A stretch of 64,000 bases of DNA. Origin: Babesia bigemina. Its lineage: Eukaryota. The notes beneath the pieces were generated by a model. The model made no database searches. It was not told where the DNA came from and saw only the letters and a program-made list of their open reading frames with translations. Positions 23,402 through 33,400 of the stretch are shown here, in pieces. The stretch lies in the NCBI RefSeq assembly GCF_000981445.1, contig NC_027219.1, positions 682,001-746,000 on the forward strand. Reading direction: 5' to 3'. The translations under genes were made by a program, and so were the position numbers. How positions within the stretch are numbered: the first letter of the stretch is position 1; each line of letters begins with the position of its first letter.

Positions 23402-26044
23402 ATGGACGGCCGCGGCGACCCCTGGGGTGGCAACAACCCCGCGTTTACGAGGAAGGTCTTGCATACGAAGATGATGCCGAAGGGTCTCCCTTACATGATG
23501 CAAATGGTGACGCCGCAGGGGATGTATCCGAAGGGGGGTAACGCGTCGAACATGATGATGCCTCCGGGCGGCAAAACTGCACCGATGCCGCCTTCTCGCA
23601 TGCCGCTCTACCCGGAGTCCGTCGGACACATGCCAAAGATGCTAGGGAAGCTCGGGCCAGGGTACATGCCCACCTCCATGCAGATGGACCCCCGCGGCGT
23701 GATGCCGCAGGACCGCATGCCCAACCTCCCGGCGCACATGTCGTACCGTGGCAGCACCGGCAACTCCCCTGTGGGAATGGCGCACCAGCGCGTTCCGCCC
23801 CGGCAGCTGCAACCTGGGCCTGGCGCCATGGCGCACGTGCCGTCCCCCACGTCCGTGGGCCACGGTATAATGGCGCCTGGCATGCACCCCGGCATGTCGC
23901 CCAGGGGCATGGCGCCGAACATGTCGCCGTCGTCGATGGGCCAGAACCACCAGGCGCCTGCGGCCATGCCCAGCAACGTGTCGCCGAAGAACCTGCAGCG
24001 GTACACCCCCGACCCGAGGCACCCGCACGCCGTCACGATGGGAAATACCGGCCGCGGTACGGCATCGCCGCATTACGCGTCGCAGATGATGGGCCCGCCG
24101 AAGATGGGCCCCATGGCCATGCCTATGGGGGGTATGAAGGTGCAGCCCGGCCCGGCCAGCGGTATGGGTTTCATGCAGGTGCCCCCCCCAGGAAGTCCTC
24201 ACATGGTCATGTCCAACCGCCGGCCCAACATGATGATGGCGAAGCCTAGGATGCCTATGGACATGGGCCCGGGCTCTCACATGAAAAGCCCGTCCCCCGT
24301 GTCAGGAGTGAATTTCCCCGTTGTTGCGGCGCAACCGAGTGGGTTCCCCCGGCCAACGAGCCAGCCGCCGAAACCTACACGAACTCCGCCCAAGCGTACC
24401 GGCGAATCTCGTGCAGACCGTTCGATTGGTACGCCGCAGTCGGGTAGCTCGGACGGTGCGTTGGCCCTGCCCAAGGACGTTCCAATGGTCGATAGCGACG
24501 CTGCCGAAAAGAGGGCATCGCAGATTATCGAGCAGATGGAAAAGTGTTTGTTGGAACTTTTGTCAGAGCAGCTGAAGAAGGCCGAGGGCCTGTATGGCAA
24601 GACATTCACGGTGGACGAGTCGGAGGTGACCTCGGCTTTGATAAAAGGGTTCCTGCCAATACTGGGCGCGCTTTGGCGAGAAATAAAAGAATCACACAAG
24701 TACAGCTTAGATGAGCTGTACCTGGAGTTAAACAACCCAGATGCAGCTGATAAATGTGGTGTGGTCGTGAATCGAGAGTTGCGTAGCCTCGAGGAGTATT
24801 ATCGTACCAAGCGTGACATCGAGAAGGTCTTAAATATGTATCGCAGCCGTACCAAACCGGCAAATAAGGACAATAACAACGCAAATGCAGCAGAAGACCA
24901 GGCTGCGACGGCGGCCACCCGTGCGCAGGAGTACGCGGAGGTGGGCTACAACCAGCGGCACTTGGTACAGAAGATTACCGCCTTAGACTATCGCAATGCG
25001 CTGGCGGGCGACAGGTGCAAGTCCATGATGCCTGAGAGCTTTCGCGTGCAGCAGATAAAGATGGCGTCGAGTCTGCACTTCGACATCCGGACCCCGCCGC
25101 AATGCATCTCTCCCCCACCTGAGGCGGCCGACAGCAACGCCGCGGAAATCGCACTCTCCAAATGTGCAAACAGCATGGACACTTCTCAGTTCCCTTCTAT
25201 TGCGCTGAAGCTGTTGGACAGGTCGAAGCACAACCGCATGGATAAGGGGGGAGATGTGCCGATGTTGCCGATGGACATGCGCTATGCCAAGACCCCCGGC
25301 ATGGCGCTTCCGCCTGAGGTGATGATGCAGATGCCTGCTGTCAAACCAGGTTTCGCCGGCATGCCTATGCACTTCCCTAAGGGCATGAACTTCCCGATGA
25401 TGCAGATGGCAGGCATGATGCCCATGGGTCCCGGCGTGCCTCCGGGAATGCCGGCACAGTTCGGTCACATGGGCATGGGCGGCGTGCCTGGCAAGCAAGT
25501 CGTCGCGCCTGTTAAAACTCCGACGGGCAAACAGCCGGCTGGTGTGCCCAATATGCAAGGGAAGCACGGCGGTGTCGGCCCCCAGAACATCCCCGGACAG
25601 CCTGGCGGCCTTAACGCCCCGGGCGTTCCTCCTCGGCAGGGCAGTATGGGCATACAGATGCCCCCTACTCAGTTGGGCGCGAAGAGTTTCCAAGGTCTGC
25701 ATGGGAAGCAGAACGCCATGATGATGCAGGGTCAGCCTTCGCAGCTCGGCCCGATGGGTTTCCAGGGAGCCCCCGGCAAGCAGGTGCCAAAAGGCATGCA
25801 CGGACCACCTGGCAAACATGGTCATCTTGGAAAACATTTCATTCCGCTCATGCCTGGTCCTCAGGGGAAGCACGGGCCGTTGATGCCTCAGATGTCTGGG
25901 GTGAAGCCCGGCCCCCCCAAGCCGCCGATACACATGGGAATGAAGGCTCACAGTCAACAAGTTGGAGCGCCCATGCCGCCGCCGACTATGCATCCCATGA
26001 TGCTGAAGCACCCTCCCCCTGTCTTCGGCAGCAAGTATAACTGA
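23402..26044 (+). CDS. 880-aa Met/Pro/Gly-rich low-complexity protein with a central helical domain; candidate divergent TAF4
   Basis: Long single ORF. The central region (~24500-25030) shows TAF4-like elements in order (see findings). Confidence 0.85.
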   Translation: MDGRGDPWGGNNPAFTRKVLHTKMMPKGLPYMMQMVTPQGMYPKGGNASNMMMPPGGKTAPMPPSRMPLYPESVGHMPKMLGKLGPGYMPTSMQMDPRGVMPQDRMPNLPAHMSYRGSTGNSPVGMAHQRVPPRQLQPGPGAMAHVPSPTSVGHGIMAPGMHPGMSPRGMAPNMSPSSMGQNHQAPAAMPSNVSPKNLQRYTPDPRHPHAVTMGNTGRGTASPHYASQMMGPPKMGPMAMPMGGMKVQPGPASGMGFMQVPPPGSPHMVMSNRRPNMMMAKPRMPMDMGPGSHMKSPSPVSGVNFPVVAAQPSGFPRPTSQPPKPTRTPPKRTGESRADRSIGTPQSGSSDGALALPKDVPMVDSDAAEKRASQIIEQMEKCLLELLSEQLKKAEGLYGKTFTVDESEVTSALIKGFLPILGALWREIKESHKYSLDELYLELNNPDAADKCGVVVNRELRSLEEYYRTKRDIEKVLNMYRSRTKPANKDNNNANAAEDQAATAATRAQEYAEVGYNQRHLVQKITALDYRNALAGDRCKSMMPESFRVQQIKMASSLHFDIRTPPQCISPPPEAADSNAAEIALSKCANSMDTSQFPSIALKLLDRSKHNRMDKGGDVPMLPMDMRYAKTPGMALPPEVMMQMPAVKPGFAGMPMHFPKGMNFPMMQMAGMMPMGPGVPPGMPAQFGHMGMGGVPGKQVVAPVKTPTGKQPAGVPNMQGKHGGVGPQNIPGQPGGLNAPGVPPRQGSMGIQMPPTQLGAKSFQGLHGKQNAMMMQGQPSQLGPMGFQGAPGKQVPKGMHGPPGKHGHLGKHFIPLMPGPQGKHGPLMPQMSGVKPGPPKPPIHMGMKAHSQQVGAPMPPPTMHPMMLKHPPPVFGSKYN

Positions 26045-26055
26045 GCGGAGTGTGT

Positions 26056-26961
26056 ATGGCCTGGCCATCCACAGTCGCGCCCGCGGCTGCGGCGAAGCCG
26101 CTGCCAATCACAAACTTTAATAAATATAAGGTTGTATTAGTAGCGGCTGCGTCGAGTTGGGTGGTGACCCTCGTTATGGCCGCGGTCCACCTCCTCCTGG
26201 TAGGTCGCGGTCCCCGATGTTGCGGGATTCCACAAGATTCTAATCTACATCGCATCTCAGTGTGTTCTCTTGATCCATTCGAAGTGCGAGTCGGGCGTCG
26301 GCCAGTTTAATGCTCAGTGTGCAGGTAGTTTTCACTGCGAACCAACGCTAATGTTCCCAGGCACATTGGTCATCTTTGGATGCTTGCAATCGCTTTCAGT
26401 GGCCCTTGGCGGGCCCGTTCGCGGTGTGTTAACTTTCGTGTGGACTTATGTCACTCAGTCATGCACGCTCTGCTCCACCGTAACACGTCGCTCTTTAGAC
26501 AAGGTAGGCGGACGCCCTAATTAGCTACTCAGCTAATGCTCAGGTTACAGCTACCTGCCGAAATGTGTCGCACTAGGTGGGATAAACAGATCACGGTCAC
26601 CGTTGCATGGCTATGCAGGCACTGCGGCTGCTGGCATCGCAACGCTGGTGATGCCCTTGCGAGGTGAGCGCGGCTCTGGCTTGTGTTCAACACTTCTCAG
26701 GGTTTTTCGTATGCCTGGGAGCTCCAGCCTGCAGGGAGCATTCCCGCACCCTCTATCTTGCGACAGTTACCGCAACGTGCATCGACAGGTGGGTGGCACC
26801 GGCGCACTGCTGATGCTTGCTGCAGCTGTCTGGCGTGCGGTATGTTCTGGGCGCTTGCGCGCGGCCGCGACTTCGCAGCGGTGCCGTCACCGTTGAAAAA
26901 GGAATCCGCCGCAAATGGGCAAAACACTACGCATAAGGGCTCTGCTGCGACCACCCAGTAA
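26056..26961 (+). CDS. Predicted 205-aa four-transmembrane protein, 8 exons
   Basis: Exons 26056-26199, 26261-26324, 26361-26423, 26459-26503, 26544-26576, 26619-26663, 26701-26788, 26826-26961. All seven introns are GT-AG (35-61 nt) and the exons join into one 618-nt open frame. Confidence 0.72.
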
Positions 26962-27378
26962 CTCCGCGAGGGCGCAGAATCCAGCTCAGCCTTCTACCGC
27001 TTTCACTGATATAAATGCATCTAAAAACACATATTTGTTGCATTTTAAGCGTTATCTGGTCTCAAATCGTACCACCGCAAAATATTGTGTGTGCGTGTGT
27101 ATACGACGTCGTTACCGTTCGGCCCCTGTCGCGGATGCGCGCCCTCCCCCGCAATAACAAACGATAGTCGCAGCTCACAAACTTTGCAATATTAGACTTA
27201 TTGCACGCGTCTGTTATATGTTGTCGAAGGATTCGTTAATGCTGTGTGATGTTGTTTACAGAGTTTTACCTGAACGCACTGGGACGTATTCCGTCTCGTA
27301 AGCGCCCTTGAAAAAAAATCTATACACACACTATCGCCAACCTGCCGTGTTCCTGTATGATCCTGCGTCGTACTTAGG

Positions 27379-28261
27379 ATGGACAGCAGCAAGGCGGTAC
27401 TAATTGACCTGCTGCGGTTCCTTCCACTCGTGGAGGAGCGGCTTCTGGGCAAAGACTTTGACGTCTCGGACACACTCCAGCTGACCCATTTGCGCCAGGT
27501 GGGTGTAACCATTTTCCGTTCTCCCTAACTGTCTCGCAGTCCGTGGAGATGCTGGAGAGCATGGCTGCAAAATGCGAATCCGCTATAAGCATCGAGGGTA
27601 ATTTATGATTAGCATGGCCTATAATGCGCTCAGAGGCGTCTGAAATTCGCAAGCGCATTGCGGTTGTGCGCGAGACCGTCGATGTCTTATCGCTCCGCAG
27701 CTCTCCCGCCCATTCGCCTTCTCAATATCGCGACGTGATGCTGTTGCCAGGCCGCGGCACAGCTCCTGAAGCATGCGACGCAGACTACGCTAGCTGTCTG
27801 AACATGACAAACGAAGAGTTCGATGCCCTTATCGAGGAGTGGGCTGAGGACCGTGAGAGGCCACCGACAACCATTAAGGTTAAGAAGAAGGGGCGCATGT
27901 CGTCCGATGTCGCTGAGGAGCAAATCCGTATCGACCTGGTGAAGCTAGCCGACGTACGTTTGGCCGCCTACCCGCATCATCCGTTGCATGCAGACCATGA
28001 AATCGAAAGCGCTGTGGTACCGCGACTTGCTGGTCAAGGATAACGAGGTGCGGTGTTACATTTCCACTCTTAATGGCACCGCAGGCCCTGTCTAAGTACA
28101 CCGTGGAGCAGGAGAAACAGCTGGACACGGTGACACATGCAGCCAACGAAGCTGCCAAATTAGCTAAGACAGCGCGGCTCTCGTTGCGCCAATCGCTGTT
28201 CATGATCGCATCATTATTCTTTGCGGTGGTGTTTATGATGATGGTCTTCATCATCACTTAA
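27379..28261 (+). CDS. USE1: Qc-SNARE Use1-like, tail-anchored, 5 exons
   Basis: Spliced SNARE motif EEQIRIDLVKLADTMKSKALWYRDLLVKDNEALSKYTVEQEKQL (Use1-type LA..LK...DN.L) plus a C-terminal TM. Introns 27499-27539, 27598-27633, 27954-27993, 28048-28084. Confidence 0.8.
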
Positions 28262-28959
28262 TGGGTTCGCACCGCAATCTGTCTAGCACTGTAGCATAGC
28301 TAGCACACTAAGACAGCCTAATTTAGCTGCAGGCATTTTAACTTTGTATTTACATTACCGGTGTCACTGCGGTAACGGTGTCGGAACGTTAAAGTCTCCG
28401 ACGCTTGTATGTTATACGCGTCGTCGTTGCCGCTTTCGTGAGATCATCCGGCATGGATTTGCCAAGGTGCTCGGCATCATAGAGTGGGACCAGAATAATA
28501 AGGCAGCGCTCGTTGAGAACACATACCGTGCGCAGGGAGTGGAAGTGGCGCATTGGATGGTCAACGATATGCAGCGTGCTCACTGGCGTCTACCAACACT
28601 CCCATTGGGATGTGGTGTCACTAGGCACGCGCGCAATCATGTTCGGCGGGTCCAGATCTATAACGAACATTTGGTCGAATCGTTAGCTCATCAGTTCTAG
28701 TACGCGCCTGTTTTTTGTGCCACAGAACCGTAGTGTTGTGCCGCTATCCATGCGGTGTGACTCGCGTTGTGGCGCATCGACATACGGCACCCAGCTGGTT
28801 GCTATTCGTCTGGAGCTCAGAGGAATATTAAAAGTGTAGCACGGAACTGTTCGAGTTTCCGAGTTGCACCAAGGTTTAACGGGCTGTACACAGGCACTGC
28901 TTCCGTCGCGTCAGCACCCCGCGGGTTTTGACCAGGTTATTTACTATTGCGGTGTGAAA

Positions 28960-29766
28960 ATGGCTTTCATGTTAACTAGTCTGCGTGGAGCAGTAGGTTT
29001 TCGTAGCTTTGTGGGTCAGTGCTACGTCAACCGCTCTGGTGGCATCGGAGCGCTCTACAAATCGCAACAGGATCTTATCCTTCCCCGTCGCTTAATCAGC
29101 GCTTCACGCAGCCGTGCAGGTGCTGTGAACCCGGTAAGTGGCCACAATGCTGCACCTGCCGGGCGCTCCCCCGAGACGGAGTCGTCCGCTACCCAGGTGA
29201 AGACTGAGGATGCTGATGCAAACTATAAAAAGGGGAAATACCCAGGACCCGGTGCGCCCAGGCCTGTGGGACAGCCAGACGACCTCCCCTGCATTGAATT
29301 CGGCAAGCCGACTGGAATGTACAATTTCGTGCGCCACCAGCACGGAGACCCCCGCGGTCACCTTCAGTCGGACGGACGCTTCCGTCCCACCCACGCGACG
29401 GACAGCTTCCACTGGTATGATGCGTACACTGACGTGCCGAAGCAGCGTTTTACAATAGTGAATGGCGAGACCATGATTATGGGCAAGGAGACGCGGCCCA
29501 TGGAGGAGTTGTTCGGAGTGCCGCAGACCAACATTCCGTTCCACCCGCGCCGTCGAATGAACCTTTGGGGCAACCACAAGATCGTGTTGGGTGCCGAGTT
29601 CTGTTTCTTCTGGATTCCGACGTTTATCATTCTGGGTCTGGCCGTGCCGTGCTACACCATGATATACATGATGGACGAGGCGGTGGCGACGTCTATGACG
29701 GTAAAAGTGGTCGGCCACCAGTGGTATTGGGTTTACGAGGTGGAATCCCCGCCTTTGGTGGAGTAA
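28960..29766 (+). CDS. COX2A: Nuclear-encoded cytochrome c oxidase subunit 2a (split COX2 N-terminal half)
   Basis: Presequence-like N-terminus, EFCFFWIPTFIILGLAVP, MTVKVVGHQWYWVYE. The protein ends before the CuA domain. Confidence 0.93.
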   Translation: MAFMLTSLRGAVGFRSFVGQCYVNRSGGIGALYKSQQDLILPRRLISASRSRAGAVNPVSGHNAAPAGRSPETESSATQVKTEDADANYKKGKYPGPGAPRPVGQPDDLPCIEFGKPTGMYNFVRHQHGDPRGHLQSDGRFRPTHATDSFHWYDAYTDVPKQRFTIVNGETMIMGKETRPMEELFGVPQTNIPFHPRRRMNLWGNHKIVLGAEFCFFWIPTFIILGLAVPCYTMIYMMDEAVATSMTVKVVGHQWYWVYEVESPPLVE

Positions 29767-30431
29767 TGCATCGCTCCGCGGCATTCGCGCACATTATGCC
29801 ACGGGTGCGGTTCAAATTGCCGCTTGATGCAACCTTCAATTAGTACACATCGAACAGCACGTTAATTGTGTTATTTTGCGCCTAGAATGTTCGCTTTTGG
29901 CCGTCTGATGGGCTAAACTTGAGGGGGCGCGCCGCGCCTCGGTTGCTTAAGTTTGAGCAGAGAAATACGTGTCAGCGCATGTCGGTTGACTGTGCTCACA
30001 AGTGTGTATGCCGGGCACACGGTGTATTTGGCGAACGCTATGTGTGCGTATACCCCCATCCGCAGGAGGCTTTATGGTGGCATGCCTAGGCGGTGATGTC
30101 GCGCCATGTTGCCGTAAACTGTGCATTGTTGTTCTTCATAGCACGGGTTATGTACAATAACTTAGTGCAGTAAATGTCTGAGAGCGTCGCTGACGTGCGG
30201 CTGTGCACATGAAGCCTGTCGTGGCACATCGCCAAGTGCGCCGCTGTTCCTGCGTGCTCGATAAGATCTGAAAGCGTGCCTCTATTTCATATAATCCAAG
30301 AAAATTTGGATTTCTGCCGAAAAATTGGCGGAATTCTCGTTTTAGTTCCCTGTCTTGGCCTTCAAAGTCCCGCGTTCCCATAGTCTACCCTGCTTGCGGG
30401 TGTGTCCAGTATATTAGTCGATTCGCGAAAG

Positions 30432-33400
30432 ATGGCGGTATCCCGGATGCGTCGCACCGCCGACGGCGGTGTTGCTCAGGCTGTAGCTTCAGTCAAGGAG
30501 CACCAGAAGTTCAAAAAGATGCTTATGTTCGGAATGCGTTCCCTGTCTGACTTCTGCAACCCCCAACTGCAGATCCACGTGGACAATGCGTTGGACGCGC
30601 TGAATCGCAACGTCCTACCAAGCATTGTTACAGCGCTTTCGAACTTCGGCGATGACGAAGACATCATTTTTTCCTGCAGCCAGATCTTGCAGGCCATGGC
30701 ACGGGCCTGCATGGAGGAATCCGAAAACCCGGAGATTTCTCAGAAGTTTTTGAAGGAGGGCGGTATGACGGCTGTCGAGCTTATCCTCAACCAGTGTCCG
30801 CAGGACGACACCGTGTTGGGCTACTGCTATGCCGTCATTGAGTGCTTCAGCGCCTCCAATTCCCTCGCCGATGGCGGCGCTTCTCTCACGGGCACCATTT
30901 GCAAGTCGGTGCGGAACAAGGAGTCCATGCCCGTTCCCGTTGCCACCAGAGCGCTTGTTTGCCTGTCCGCTATCTGCGCGAGCTCGTCAGGGCCCGCCAA
31001 GATGAAGCAACATGAGGGTATGGCCGTGCTGCTGCAGCTGTGTCTGCTGCTGCCCACGGAGCAGCCCAGCATCGGCGTCGTAGAGAGGTCCATGAAGGCT
31101 GCTACTGCGGTTGCTGCGGCAAAGATGGTTGATCAGTCGAGCCTTGACCCCGTGATCCAGGTGATTGAGAAGTTCAAGACGTCGAAGATTGTTTTGAGCC
31201 ATGGTAGCGACATCGTGAAGTCACTCGTGAGCACGGCTTCCCTAAAACAGAGCCTTCAGGACATTCAAAAATGCGCTGCCGGCTCCCCCGAGCACAAAGC
31301 TGCGGTTGACACCCTGCGCTCGCTGTCATACATTTCTTCTGTGGGAGAGCAGCTGGCGAAGGATGGCGCTTTGGGTCTCATGGTGGACCTGATCAAAAAC
31401 GCCGTGTCACAGATGGAAACCCACAAGGAAGTCATGGTGAACGTGATTTCGGTGGCGGCGCGCATTCTGGGTTCTGTTGCGGCTAACCGCAGCTACTGCG
31501 AGGAGGTGGTCAACAAGGGTGGTGTGGACAACCTTGTGGCTGCGATGCAGGTCTGCATGGAGTACCCCTCGTGCATTGCGAGCATCGGCGATGCTCTGGC
31601 TCAGTTGCTCCAGGCCGGCCCTGCCGCCTACTTGAAGACGGACGCCGTTGCCGTGGCGCTGCCCATCCTGTACCAGCTGTCGGACAAGGAGGATGTGGCC
31701 TCTTCGCTGATGGCGTTCGTCGCCGCAGCGTCCCAGAAGGACGAGCTGCAGCCTGCGTTTATTTCTAACAAGGTTGTCGAGATCATGTGCACTTGCTGCC
31801 AGTACCATTCCGAGAACCTGCCCCTGCACCTCAACATCATCCAGGTGCTGAACCGTTTCTCGAGCCAAGTAAAGGACCTTTCGCTAGTGTACGAGTATGG
31901 AGGGCTCCAGGGTATAGCCATGTCGATGGCTGCGCACTACCGCAGCGACAAGTACTGCCTGGAGGTGCTGGCGTTGCTGCTCACCTTCGCGTGCACTCCC
32001 GAGGCACACCAGTACATGACGACGGGCGAGGAGTCGATCATCGACATCATCCTCCAGCTGATGTTGGAGCACCAGGAGATCGAGGCCATCACCAGTTCCG
32101 CGGTGAAAGTGCTAGAAATCCTGTCCACCGAGGAGGACGTCCAGCGCACCATGAAAGGTCTCAGCCTGTCCCTCCAGACTTCCAGGGACAACCCCGATGG
32201 CGCGTACGCCAAGATCGCCGCGGTGACTGGGTTGTCTCGCATCGCACGTCTGCGACCCAGCATCCTTTCTTCGGGTATGCCCAAGGAGATCATGAAGTCT
32301 GTGAGCACGTGGGTGGAGAGCTCCAACTTCGAGGGCCGTTCCAAGCTGACGAAGGCCGCCATGCAGTCCGCCGTGGTGGCGAGCGAAGATGCGGCCGAGT
32401 GTGTCGCCATGATCCAAAAGGTGTGCGACTTGGCCTGCCTGCCTCAGGTGAAGCGTGTGATTGACCTCGAGGGTGCCGACGACAACTTCTTGCTGCACTG
32501 CACTGGCGCGCTGCGCCAGATGTGCTCGGTGGAGCGCACCTACAGCCCCGAGGAGTGCACTACGGTCGTGGAGAGCATCAACCGTGTCATGCGGAAACAC
32601 GTGGACATCAAGAACGCCGAGACCCAGTGCATCGAGGCCCTGCACGACTTCGTGCAAGTTACGGGCAAGAACGGCATTGAGGCTTTGATTTCCACTGGCG
32701 CCATCGTCGGCGTTGTTGGGTACCTGATTAAGATCCCCATGTACCTCCCGTGCCAGATTGCCGGTGTCGGCTTCTTGCTGGCGTGCGCCAAGATGGACTA
32801 CCGCGCCCTCGAGTGCCTGAAGCAGTGCAACTGCTACCAGCTGCTGCGCGCCCTCAACCGCACCCACAAGAAGTCCAGGAAGCTGAAGGCGATGGTCGGT
32901 GTCTTGATGACCATGATCATGCCTCCGGAGGCGTTCGAGGCCGAGCTTACCCAGCTGTTAATCGACATGGCCAAGGGCCAGGAAACGAACGACATCGTTG
33001 CCGTGCACACTGCGTTGATGTCTATGAACCAGTTGCTGGTTGCCAAGGAGTGCATCCGCATTGCCGCCCGCCTGGGAGTGCCCGAGGCTCTCACGAAGGC
33101 GTGCACGTGGACATTGAAGAACAAGGCGCTCGCCGCCAAGGTCCAGGTTGTCGAGCCGGGCGACCTGGCCGGAAAGGACCTGGTCGATGGTATATTGTTC
33201 GAGGTGGCGCAGGCCAACTTCAACATGGGCCAGAACCGCAACGGTCTCATCGCCATGACGAAGCAGCAGTCCCACTTGACGTCTCTGACGGTTTACCAGA
33301 GCCTGGAGTCGCCTGTAACGACGATGGTGGAGGACGGTGCTTGCGCCGCGCTTGACGGCATGACCCTGCTTTTCCTGCACAACCGCGCCAACGTCGAAGA

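Noticed and set aside
28344..28900. ORF fragments between USE1 and COX2A
   Set aside because: I could not build a consistent spliced model or see any motif; probably UTR or promoter.
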